This document shows positions 26,960 to 35,533 of a DNA stretch of 64,000 bases, piece after piece. Positions within the stretch are counted from its first letter, which is position 1, and each line of letters opens with the position of its first letter. Both the position numbers and the translations under genes were made by a program. The notes below the pieces were generated by a model that saw only the letters and a program-made list of their open reading frames with translations, did not search any database and was not told the origin of the DNA. The stretch spans positions 8,263 to 72,262 of the forward strand of contig JAYWHK010000212.1 in NCBI GenBank assembly GCA_043777755.1, in the 5' to 3' direction. This DNA is from Saprospiraceae bacterium (lineage in GTDB: Bacteria; Bacteroidota; Bacteroidia; Chitinophagales; Saprospiraceae).

Positions 26960-27795
26960 GTAATTGGATAAATGAAATTTTTAATGAGGATATGATGAAA
27001 GGTATTGATCGTATTCCTGATGCCTCAATTGACTTAATTATAACAGACCCTCCTTATTCGCTTGGAAAAGATTATGGCAATGATTCCGACATGAAGCAAA
27101 GTCAAGAGTATTTAGAATGGACATACCAATGGATTGATGCTGTTATACCTAAACTAAAACCAAATGGCAGTTTCTATATATTTCTTTCTTGGCAATATAC
27201 ACCAGAGATTTTTTCTTACATGAAAAAAAAACTTACAATGGTTAACGAAATCATCTAGGATAGACGAGTACCAAGTATGGGCGGAAGCACCAGAAAATAC
27301 TCATCTGTTCATGATAATTTGGGTTTTTTTGTCAAAGGAAAAGATTACTTTTTTGACTTAGATGCAATCAGAATTCCTTATGACGAAGAAACAAAAAAAG
27401 CTCGTTCAAGGTCTATTTTTGTTGGAAAAAAATGGTTAGAATTAGGTTACAATCCAAAAGATATTTGGAGTTGTGCAAGATTACACGCAGAAGACCCCGA
27501 GCGTACGGAACACCCTACTCAAAAGCCCATAGAGATTATCAAACGTACAATTTTAGCAAGTTGCCCTGAAAATGGTATTATTTTTGACCCTTTTATGGGT
27601 TCTGGAACAGCTGCTTATGTTGCAAAAACAAATAATAGAAACTATGTTGGTTTTGAACTAAATAAAAGCTATTTTCAAATCATACAAAATCGACTAAATG
27701 GCAATTTAGACCAAGTGCGCCGTGTTAAAAATAAAAACTATAGCGAAAAAACAACAGAGGAAACAACCGTACCAACAGCATTGTCATTATTTTAA
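26956..27795 (+). pseudogene. Beta-class DNA (N6-adenine or N4-cytosine) methyltransferase interrupted by an in-frame TAG
   Basis: Motif IV IITDPPYS lies upstream and motif I FDPFMGSGT downstream, in the same frame. The TAG at 27256-27258 sits where the conserved Trp of the NEIIW motif is expected (TGG to TAG). Confidence 0.8.
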
Positions 27796-27796
27796 A

Positions 27797-27845
27797 TAAA
27801 AAAAAACCGCTATACCTTTCTCAGATATAGCGGTCGTTTTTTTTG
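27797..27845. terminator. Bidirectional rho-independent terminator
   Basis: A-run, stem accgctata...tatagcggt, T-run. Lies between the convergent methyltransferase and sucA genes. Confidence 0.65.
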
Positions 27846-27851
27846 AAAAAC

Positions 27852-30590
27852 CTAACTCAAAGCTGCAATTAAAATTGCTTCTTGCTCTTTGCCATGTAAT
27901 TTTATATAACCCGTAGCTGGCGAAGATGCGCTTTTTCGAGCGATGACTTCTGCATTTTTGAAATGTTCGTAACGAGAAGTTAAATATTGCCAAGCACCAT
28001 TGTTTTCTGGTTCTTCTTGAACCCAAACGGTTTTTGCACCTTTGTATTTTTTCAGAATCGCCTCAACGTGCGTTGCTGGATAAGGATACAATTGCTCTAA
28101 ACGAACAATGGCAACATCATTTGTGCCTAATTCTTCCCGTTTTGCAATCAAATCAAAATAGATTTTTCCAGAACAGAAGACTACTTTTTTAGCTCTTTTT
28201 GGAGCATTCGTATCGTCTAATACTTCTTGGAAATTTTTTCCTGTTTCAAAGTCGCTCAAATCAGAAACCACCAATGGATTCCGCAAATTCGATTTTGGTG
28301 TCATAATGACCATCGGTTTGCGGAACGGACGAGCCAACTGACGACGCATAATGTGGAACAAATTGGCTGGCGTAGTAATATTCGCCACCGTAATGTTGTG
28401 TTCTGCACAAAGCTGTAAATAACGCTCCATACGTGCCGACGAGTGCTCTGGCCCTTGACCTTCAAAACCATGCGGCAATAACATAACCAAACCATTTTGA
28501 CGCAACCATTTTGTTTCGGCAGAAGCAATATACTGGTCAATCATGATTTGTGCGCCATTGCCAAAATCACCAAATTGCGCTTCCCAAATCACCAAATTGT
28601 CAGGCGAAGCCAAGGCATAACCATATTCAAAACCTAAAACAGCATATTCTGACAAAAGTGAATTGTATATGCGAATTTTGCCTTGTTTTTCGTCAATCAC
28701 AGCCAGACGATTGTATTCTGTATAAACTTCTTTGTCAATCACTACGCATTGACGGTGCGAGAAAGTACCACGTTTGACATCTTGACCAGACATACGGACA
28801 TCTTTTCCCTCCAATAAAATCGAGCCATACGCCATCAATTCGGCAGTAGCCCAATCAACACGGTTGGCAGTATGATTTTTTTCAATGCCTTCCATCATTT
28901 TACGGATTTGCGGCTGAGGAGAAAAACCTGCTGGCAAAGTCTTCAAATGCGCTACTAATTTATCAATAGTTGATTTATCAATTCCTGTTGCTGGTGAAAT
29001 TTCGTAGTCTGCTGCGGTCGTTTTCTTCGTTAATTTACGCCACGCCTCTTCTGTTTCTTGGTATTTGTAAGGAAAAGGATGTTGTTTTACGTTATTCAAG
29101 CGGTCATCTAATTGGTCACGGAATTGCGCTTTCATTTCTTCAGCCATTTTCGCTTCAATTTCGTGGTGCGCAATCAATTGTTCAGAATACAAAATACGAA
29201 CATTTTTATGGTTCTTGATGATTTTGTACATTTCAGGTTGTGTCACTTCTGGGCCGTCCGCTTCGTTATGACCATGACGACGGTAACATACCATATCTAC
29301 AAAAACATCGGTATTGAACAATTGACGGTATTCTATTGCCAGCTCACATACAAAAACCACTGCTTCCGGATCATCTCCATTGACGTGAAAAACAGGTGCT
29401 TGAATCATGTTTGCTGCTGCGGTAGAATAAGTAGAAGTACGTGCATCTGCAAAATCAGTCGTGAAACCAATCTGATTGTTGATAACAAAGTGCAAAGAAC
29501 CTCCTGTATGGTAACCTTTCAGCATACTCATTTGTACCGTTTCATAGACTACACCTTGACCAGCTGCTGCCGCATCGCCATGAATAACAATAGGCAAAAC
29601 TTTATCGAAATCATTGTTGTACAGCATTTCTGCTTTGGCACGAAGAAAACCTTCAATGACAGGGTTCACTGTTTCCAAATGCGAAGGATTCGGACATAAT
29701 TTTAAGTGAACGTTTTTGCCAGTAGGCGTTTGTGTTTGCGACGAATAACCCATGTGGTATTTTACGTCACCACTACCAAAACTCAAATCTTCAGGCAATG
29801 CTTTATTAAATTCGTTGAAAATATTTTCGTAGGTTTTTCCCATGATGTTTGCCAAAACGTTCAAACGACCACGATGTGCCATACCAATCATCACTTCTTC
29901 TACGCCATGTTCTGCACCAAAATTGATAATAGCATCTAATGCAGCGACTGTAGCTTCGCCACCTTCAAGTGAAAAACGCTTTTCACCTTGAAAACGCAAA
30001 CCTAAAAATTCCTCAAAGCCCGTTGCGCCATTGAGTTTTTCCAAAATACGGCGTTTTTTCTCCAAAGGAAAATTATAATTCTTCGTATCACGATTTTCAA
30101 TGCGCTCACGTAACCATTTACGACGCTCGCTTTCTTCGATATGGCAATATTCAAAACCAATATGTGCGCAATAAATATCTTGCAATCTTGAAAGAATCTG
30201 CTGTAAAGTGGCATTTTTCAAACCAATTTCTTCACCAGATTTGAATACAGTATTCAAATCTGCTTCGCTCAAACCATAATCGTCCAACTGCAAATGCGGG
30301 TGACGATCCACACGTGGACGAATCGGATTGGTTTGCGACAACAAATGTCCTCTATCTCTGTAACCATGAATCAAAGACATGACAGAAAATTCTTTGTCCG
30401 AAAGCCCAACCGAAACGTTGGCACTGTTCGTCAAAGCTGCCGCCTTGCCGTTGCCATTCATGGCAAAATCAAAACCTTTAAAAAAATGTCGCCAGCTGTC
30501 TTCCACACTCAATGGGTCTTGCTCGTATTGGCGATACATGGATTCTATAACCGCAGGATGTGCGTTGCTTATAAACGAAAAATCACTCAT
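27852..30590 (-). CDS. sucA: 2-oxoglutarate dehydrogenase E1 component
   Basis: 912 aa. GHNEADGPEVTQP and LLPHGFEGQGPEHSSAR motifs. Confidence 0.95.
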   Translation of the reverse strand: MSDFSFISNAHPAVIESMYRQYEQDPLSVEDSWRHFFKGFDFAMNGNGKAAALTNSANVSVGLSDKEFSVMSLIHGYRDRGHLLSQTNPIRPRVDRHPHLQLDDYGLSEADLNTVFKSGEEIGLKNATLQQILSRLQDIYCAHIGFEYCHIEESERRKWLRERIENRDTKNYNFPLEKKRRILEKLNGATGFEEFLGLRFQGEKRFSLEGGEATVAALDAIINFGAEHGVEEVMIGMAHRGRLNVLANIMGKTYENIFNEFNKALPEDLSFGSGDVKYHMGYSSQTQTPTGKNVHLKLCPNPSHLETVNPVIEGFLRAKAEMLYNNDFDKVLPIVIHGDAAAAGQGVVYETVQMSMLKGYHTGGSLHFVINNQIGFTTDFADARTSTYSTAAANMIQAPVFHVNGDDPEAVVFVCELAIEYRQLFNTDVFVDMVCYRRHGHNEADGPEVTQPEMYKIIKNHKNVRILYSEQLIAHHEIEAKMAEEMKAQFRDQLDDRLNNVKQHPFPYKYQETEEAWRKLTKKTTAADYEISPATGIDKSTIDKLVAHLKTLPAGFSPQPQIRKMMEGIEKNHTANRVDWATAELMAYGSILLEGKDVRMSGQDVKRGTFSHRQCVVIDKEVYTEYNRLAVIDEKQGKIRIYNSLLSEYAVLGFEYGYALASPDNLVIWEAQFGDFGNGAQIMIDQYIASAETKWLRQNGLVMLLPHGFEGQGPEHSSARMERYLQLCAEHNITVANITTPANLFHIMRRQLARPFRKPMVIMTPKSNLRNPLVVSDLSDFETGKNFQEVLDDTNAPKRAKKVVFCSGKIYFDLIAKREELGTNDVAIVRLEQLYPYPATHVEAILKKYKGAKTVWVQEEPENNGAWQYLTSRYEHFKNAEVIARKSASSPATGYIKLHGKEQEAILIAALS

Positions 30591-31076
30591 TATAATATAG
30601 CTTAAAGTTGATTTGGTTGATTTGATTATTGGTTGATTCAGCTCAATTTACTTAATTCAACCTGTTTAGTACACCGTTTTTTTAGTTATTTAATGTTTGA
30701 AATGGTTTGAAATGGCTCTAACTAATTGAAAATCAAAACAATACAACAATTATAAACAATAGCAAACATTTAGAACAATGTATTTAGCCCATTTTTCAAA
30801 CGAATAAAGAAAGCAATTGTTTTGCAAAAGAAAGATAAAAACCCAAATAACTTGATTTTTAAGGTTTTTTACAAAATGCGTGCAAAAATATATATAAATA
30901 CTTATATAAATCAAGTATTTTGGATAAAAAAAGAATTTTTTATCTTAATTTTTTCTTAATTAAAATAAAATTTGGAAAAATAAATTCAAACCATATTTTT
31001 GAAAAAATAATAAGACAATTTAGATTTTTATTTGGAAATTGGGTAAGTGATAAAAAATGAAGAGGAAATCAATACA

Positions 31077-31184
31077 ATATACACGTCGGAAAGTAGTTTT
31101 GGGATTTTGCATAAATGCAAAATATTGAACACCAAGCGTTTGCAATATCTTTAATATCTAATCACCAATATCCGTTGTGTATAT
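31077..31184 (+). repeat. ~108-bp MITE-like palindromic repeat, reference copy
   Basis: Termini are atatacacg...cgttgtgtatat, with a central ttttgcat-aa-atgcaaaa hairpin. Near-identical copies lie at 58893-59000 (same orientation) and 57385-57489 (inverted). Confidence 0.75.
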
Positions 31185-31503
31185 TACTTTTAGAGATTCC
31201 TGGGCGCACTAAAAAACCAAGTACTTCATTTGTACTAAAACCTTGTTTCAAATCCTAAATAACTCTTAATGGTTTTTTATTTTTTAACACTTTTAAATAA
31301 AATATTTTTTATATAAAAACCTAATAATCAATATATTATATTTTTTATAAAAAAGAAAAAATGTTAAAATTATTTTTTGGCAACATTTTTAGCCGACCAA
31401 CGTTTTCTTTAATTTTCAAGTCAATAAAATATAAACATTCATTTTAAGGTAAGCCTGTTTGTAACAAGCGTACAAATTTTAAACTTTTTAAATTACTATC
31501 ATT

Positions 31504-34356
31504 ATGAAAACGCTAAAATCTTTCTTTTCGCTTTTTTTAAGCCTTTTTTTATTTTTTCAAAACAGTTCAGCACAAAGTATTGGACATTATCCTGCCCGAA
31601 ATGCTGGCTTTTGGAGTCTGGGCATCAATGCAGGAACGGCTTACCAACGAGGCATTGATGTTTCCCAAAAATTCAATGGTTCTGGATTTGGATTGACCTT
31701 GGGCAAAAATTTGTACTATCGTCCAAATGCTTTTTTCTCGTTTGATGTTCGTGGTCGTGCTTTGTATGCGCAAAGTTTTGGTCAAGATGGCTATCGTAAT
31801 TTTGAGGTCAAAAATAATTTGGCGTTGAATGGCGTAGGTCGTAGTTTTGACGATGTTAAGTTGGATTACAGCAAACCCAAAAGTATCGGTTATTATTTTG
31901 CCAACTATAATACTGTAAATGGCTCGTTAGATTTGGAAGGTGTCCTGACATTCAATCGTTTGCGTGAGCGTACAGGCGTTGTATTTTCTCTTTTTGGAGG
32001 CATCGGTCTGGATTACTACACCGTAAAAATCAACCAGCGCAACGGCAATGATTCTTATGCTAACTTATATAAAGGCGTAGATTCTACCAATGGTGCAACA
32101 GCAAAGATTCAGCTAAAAAACTTTATGGACAACAGCTACGAAACAGTTGCCGATGGCAACAAAAAAGACGGCACTTTGACTTGGATGCCTACCGTTGGTG
32201 CGGAGTTGGGTTATCAATTTTTCCCTCGTTTCCACGCAAGTGTTTTTCATAAAATCAACTTTACACGCAACGATGTTTTTGATGGACAACAATGGTACAA
32301 TAACCAAGCAAGCTACGAAAATGATTGGCAGCATTATACGGGACTAAAATTAGAATGGGAGTTTAGCAAATTGAAACCCAAAGGCAATCCGCCTGAAACT
32401 GAAGTGCTTGTTCCAAATCGGAATCCTTACATCACCAATGACCCAAATTTGCAAGTTGTAGCAAACATCCGCAATGTGAATAATGCCATAGATGTTAATT
32501 ATAGACTAAATGGCGCAGAAACAAAGTTTGATTTTAGCAATCCAAGAAGCATTTGTGAAGTGCAGCTTCGTCCTGGTCGAAATGAAATCGAAATCTCTGC
32601 CAATAATTCTTTTGGTAGCGACAAAGAAATCATTGTTGTCGTTTATGAAACAAAAAGAAATGATGTTCCGCCTTCTCAGCCGCCAGTGGTCGTAACGCCA
32701 GCACCGAGCCAAGTGCCACCTGTCAAGCCAGAGCCAACATTGCCTGCACCATTGGTAACAATTATAAATCCATCGTATTCTCCTTTTAATGTAGAAGACG
32801 AGAATTTTACAGTAAATGCAACCATTTTGAATGTTAAAAACCAGCGTGATGTTCGTTTTTACTTGAATGGTCGTGACCGTAGTTTTAATTTTAATCCAAA
32901 TGGAGCGACATTTTCAAGTAATATTGTTTTGCAAGAAGGTAGAAATGAGCTAAGTATTGAGGCAAGTAATCCTTCGGGCAAAAATGAAGCAACAAGAATT
33001 ATCAATTATACCCGTCCAAAACCTAAAACATTTCCGCCAACGGTGCGCATCACTTCACCAAGAAATGATAGAGAAGTTTATGAAAATAACTATGCCAGCA
33101 TTAGTGCAACAACAACGAATGTGAATAGTAAAAATGATATTGAAGTCAAAATTGATGGTTATGTTGCGAATTTTAGCTTTGATGCTTACAGAAACGAAGT
33201 AAAAGCTGATATGACATTGAATGAAGGTGAAAATTGTGTCGTTATAAGTGTGAATAACCGTGATGGCAATGACCGTGATGAAGTTGTTTTGGTTTATAAA
33301 AAAAGAATTGTTACGCCACCACCACCGCCACCAAGCGTCCCAACGGTACAAAAACCAAGCATTACAATTAATTCACCAAGCAATGGGCAGCAATTTTCAA
33401 GCGAAACAACTACGCTAAATGCTCGAATTTTGAATATTTCTAACAAAAATGACATTCGTGTTTATGTAAATAATCAGTTGCAAAATAATTTTGTTTTTAA
33501 TAATTTAAATAAAAATTTGAGCGCCGATGTTCGTCTGCGAGAAGGCACAAATACACTTTCTATTCGTGCGGACAATAGTGCTGGCTACGATGCAGTGAGC
33601 GTTACGGTTTATTATACTGTACCAAGACCAAAGGTGAATCCACCGTCTGTAATGATTTTGTCACCAAAAAATAACAGCAATACTGAAAATGGATTAACAG
33701 ATGTTAGGGCTTCCGCACAAAACATAAGCAATAAAAATCAAATTACAATTACTGTGAATGGAAAGCGTTTGCCAGATTTTTCTTTGTATGGAGAAAATAT
33801 TGAGTTTGGAACTCGCCTTTTGGAAGGAAACAATGCCATTACGATTATTGCTGAAAATGAAGCTGGAAAAGACCAAGCAACTATCAATGTAGTTTATAAA
33901 AAAACAGTGATTGTTCCGCCAACAGGCACTAAAACAGGAAGAGTGCCTCGTACAGAAACGCCAAAGACAGACGAACCAACAACAGGAAGTACAACAGGAA
34001 GAGTACCTCGCACAGAAACACCTGCGTCTGATAATGGTGCGACAACAGGAAGAACGGGACGTGTACCAAAAGCAGAAACAGCTCCAACGGTTACAATAAC
34101 ATCTGTTTCTCGAAATGTTGGCGACCCAATGACACCAGCAACAGGTGCATCTACGGTTTTGGCAACTATAAAAAATGTCACGGACAAAAACCAAGTAACA
34201 TTTACATTGAATGGAAGTGAAATGCCTTTTGATTTTGATGTAAAAAGTGGTAATTTTTCAGCAGATATTGAACTGAAAAAAGGAGAAAATATCATTGTGG
34301 TAAAAGCGCAAACGCCAGCTGGTACAGCAAGTGATACACAAAAAACAGTATATTAA
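31504..34356 (+). CDS. Large surface protein: signal peptide, putative N-terminal beta-barrel, six tandem Ig-like repeat domains, Pro-rich linkers
   Basis: 950 aa. Alternating-hydrophobic strands end in GLKLEWEF at about residue 287, followed by six units of about 95 aa sharing N(V/I)xNxxD(V/I)xxxLNGxxxxFxF....LxEGxNxIxIxAxNxxGxD. Confidence 0.85.
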   Translation: MKTLKSFFSLFLSLFLFFQNSSAQSIGHYPARNAGFWSLGINAGTAYQRGIDVSQKFNGSGFGLTLGKNLYYRPNAFFSFDVRGRALYAQSFGQDGYRNFEVKNNLALNGVGRSFDDVKLDYSKPKSIGYYFANYNTVNGSLDLEGVLTFNRLRERTGVVFSLFGGIGLDYYTVKINQRNGNDSYANLYKGVDSTNGATAKIQLKNFMDNSYETVADGNKKDGTLTWMPTVGAELGYQFFPRFHASVFHKINFTRNDVFDGQQWYNNQASYENDWQHYTGLKLEWEFSKLKPKGNPPETEVLVPNRNPYITNDPNLQVVANIRNVNNAIDVNYRLNGAETKFDFSNPRSICEVQLRPGRNEIEISANNSFGSDKEIIVVVYETKRNDVPPSQPPVVVTPAPSQVPPVKPEPTLPAPLVTIINPSYSPFNVEDENFTVNATILNVKNQRDVRFYLNGRDRSFNFNPNGATFSSNIVLQEGRNELSIEASNPSGKNEATRIINYTRPKPKTFPPTVRITSPRNDREVYENNYASISATTTNVNSKNDIEVKIDGYVANFSFDAYRNEVKADMTLNEGENCVVISVNNRDGNDRDEVVLVYKKRIVTPPPPPPSVPTVQKPSITINSPSNGQQFSSETTTLNARILNISNKNDIRVYVNNQLQNNFVFNNLNKNLSADVRLREGTNTLSIRADNSAGYDAVSVTVYYTVPRPKVNPPSVMILSPKNNSNTENGLTDVRASAQNISNKNQITITVNGKRLPDFSLYGENIEFGTRLLEGNNAITIIAENEAGKDQATINVVYKKTVIVPPTGTKTGRVPRTETPKTDEPTTGSTTGRVPRTETPASDNGATTGRTGRVPKAETAPTVTITSVSRNVGDPMTPATGASTVLATIKNVTDKNQVTFTLNGSEMPFDFDVKSGNFSADIELKKGENIIVVKAQTPAGTASDTQKTVY
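32389..34353 (+). repeat. Six tandem intragenic domain repeats (~95 aa each) within the surface protein gene
   Basis: Recurrent blocks NVNNAIDVNYRLNG, NVKNQRDVRFYLNG, NVNSKNDIEVKIDG, NISNKNDIRVYVNN, NISNKNQITITVNG and NVTDKNQVTFTLNG. Each is followed by an EG.N.(L/I).I motif. Confidence 0.8.
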
Positions 34357-34362
34357 AATTGT

Positions 34363-34400
34363 AAAGCCGCTATATCTTTTTTAGATATAGCGGCTTTTTT
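34363..34400. terminator. Bidirectional rho-independent terminator
   Basis: Perfect 15-bp stem aaagccgctatatct / agatatagcggcttt with a T-run. Lies between convergent genes. Confidence 0.75.
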
Positions 34401-34422
34401 GAATCGTAAATATTTCTTAGCT

Positions 34423-35388
34423 TTATACATAATCAAACAGTGCCATATCATATACCTCATTTATTTTTTCATAATCAATAATGCTACCATGTTTTTCATC
34501 AGCGTGATACATTGGTGAGAATTTTTTAGCCCAATTCATCTCACTGTGTTGATATGATTTTCGGGATTGTACCATTTGCCCAAAAGTAATGTCATAAGCC
34601 GTTACAAATGCCAATAATTCAGCATTTATATTTTTAAAATCTTCCAAACGTTTTCCATAAAAAGGACTTGTTGGCGTTATTGGATGAACAATTGTCCAGT
34701 TCAAAGGAAATAAGGCAATTTTAGAGCGTTCCAAATCCAAGGGTTGAAAATGTCTGCGTTTTATACCATTTTCATCGTCTGCTACCCAAGAAAATGTCAA
34801 TTGAACTGCTACGTCAATCAAATCAGTATTGCGTTGATTGACCATACGAAACATAATAGCATTGGTTTCATCTTTGAATGGAGAAATATTTGCCATTGAA
34901 CTGTATAAAATTTTTGCTTTCGGACGGGTGAATTTAGCATAATACAAACCCGTTATCAAGGCAAAAATCAATAAACCTGTCAGTGCCTCAAAAGCCGCAA
35001 TAACATTCGACAAAAAACAAAGTGGCGATACTGCACCATAGCCCACTGTTGTCAATGTTTGTACACTAAAAAAATAACATTTAAAATATTCTGAAAAAAA
35101 ATCATTGTAATGCTCACCTGAAAGAGATTCCACTCCTATACTATAGTATATGAATGCAAAAACGGCATTTACTATCGCATAAAAAATAAAAATAACAAGA
35201 TGAAACTTAAACCAGGACATTTCTAACAAATCCTGATAAGGATGCCAAAAGAATTGACCTTTCCTTTTTGCTTTGAATTTACCGTTTTCATCAAGCAAAC
35301 GATAATTGCCCGTAAGTTGATTTCCTAAACCCAAGTCGTGCTCAGGTTCTGTACTTTTTTGAGTGTCCGAGTGGTAATTTTTAGCCAT
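34423..35388 (-). CDS. Inward-rectifier-type (KirBac-like) potassium channel
   Basis: Two TM segments flank a pore helix with the TLTTVGYGAVSP selectivity filter. Large beta-rich cytoplasmic C-terminal domain. Confidence 0.85.
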   Translation of the reverse strand: MAKNYHSDTQKSTEPEHDLGLGNQLTGNYRLLDENGKFKAKRKGQFFWHPYQDLLEMSWFKFHLVIFIFYAIVNAVFAFIYYSIGVESLSGEHYNDFFSEYFKCYFFSVQTLTTVGYGAVSPLCFLSNVIAAFEALTGLLIFALITGLYYAKFTRPKAKILYSSMANISPFKDETNAIMFRMVNQRNTDLIDVAVQLTFSWVADDENGIKRRHFQPLDLERSKIALFPLNWTIVHPITPTSPFYGKRLEDFKNINAELLAFVTAYDITFGQMVQSRKSYQHSEMNWAKKFSPMYHADEKHGSIIDYEKINEVYDMALFDYV

Positions 35389-35471
35389 TTTTTATTTTTT
35401 ATAGAAATTTATTTTTGTAGCCATTTTGCAACATTATTACTAAACAATGGTGTAAAATAAATGTTCTACCT

Positions 35472-35479
35472 TATTTTTG
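35472..35479 (+). promoter_or_regulatory. TAnnTTTG box (TAttTTTG)
   Basis: Lies 55 nt upstream of the ATG at 35534. Confidence 0.4.
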
Positions 35480-35533
35480 CAAAATTATTTAAAACGCAAA
35501 GATAGGCATTGCCTATAAAATGTATGAAATTCT

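Noticed and set aside
27256-27258. Programmed read-through or recoding (for example pyrrolysine or a suppressor) of the in-frame TAG in the methyltransferase
   Set aside because: There is no recoding context or machinery in view. The codon is one transition away from the expected Trp codon, and the partner endonuclease is also broken. A simple nonsense mutation is the more economical explanation.
29112-29699. 195-aa ORF and several others (28227-30605) antisense to sucA
   Set aside because: They lie entirely within, and antisense to, a strongly supported 912-aa gene. They have a low-complexity, Cys/His/Phe/Arg-rich composition typical of antisense shadow frames.
30591-31503. A hidden gene or ncRNA in the 0.9-kb sucA / surface-protein spacer, and likewise in 12560-13175
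   Set aside because: There is no ORF of 60 aa or more and the DNA is extremely AT-rich. Apart from the MITE copy and a short AT palindrome (aaattataatat-aaaaaa-atattataattt near 12865-12894), I could not identify any structured or conserved segment by eye.
33694-34295. 166-aa and 133-aa ORFs antisense to the surface-protein gene, and similar ORFs at 36392-36871, 46788-47360, 48180-48716 and 9533-9955
   Set aside because: These are shadow ORFs opposite well-supported genes (the surface protein, SusC, the OmpA-family gene and nadC). They have Cys/Arg/Ser-rich nonsense composition and no independent signals.
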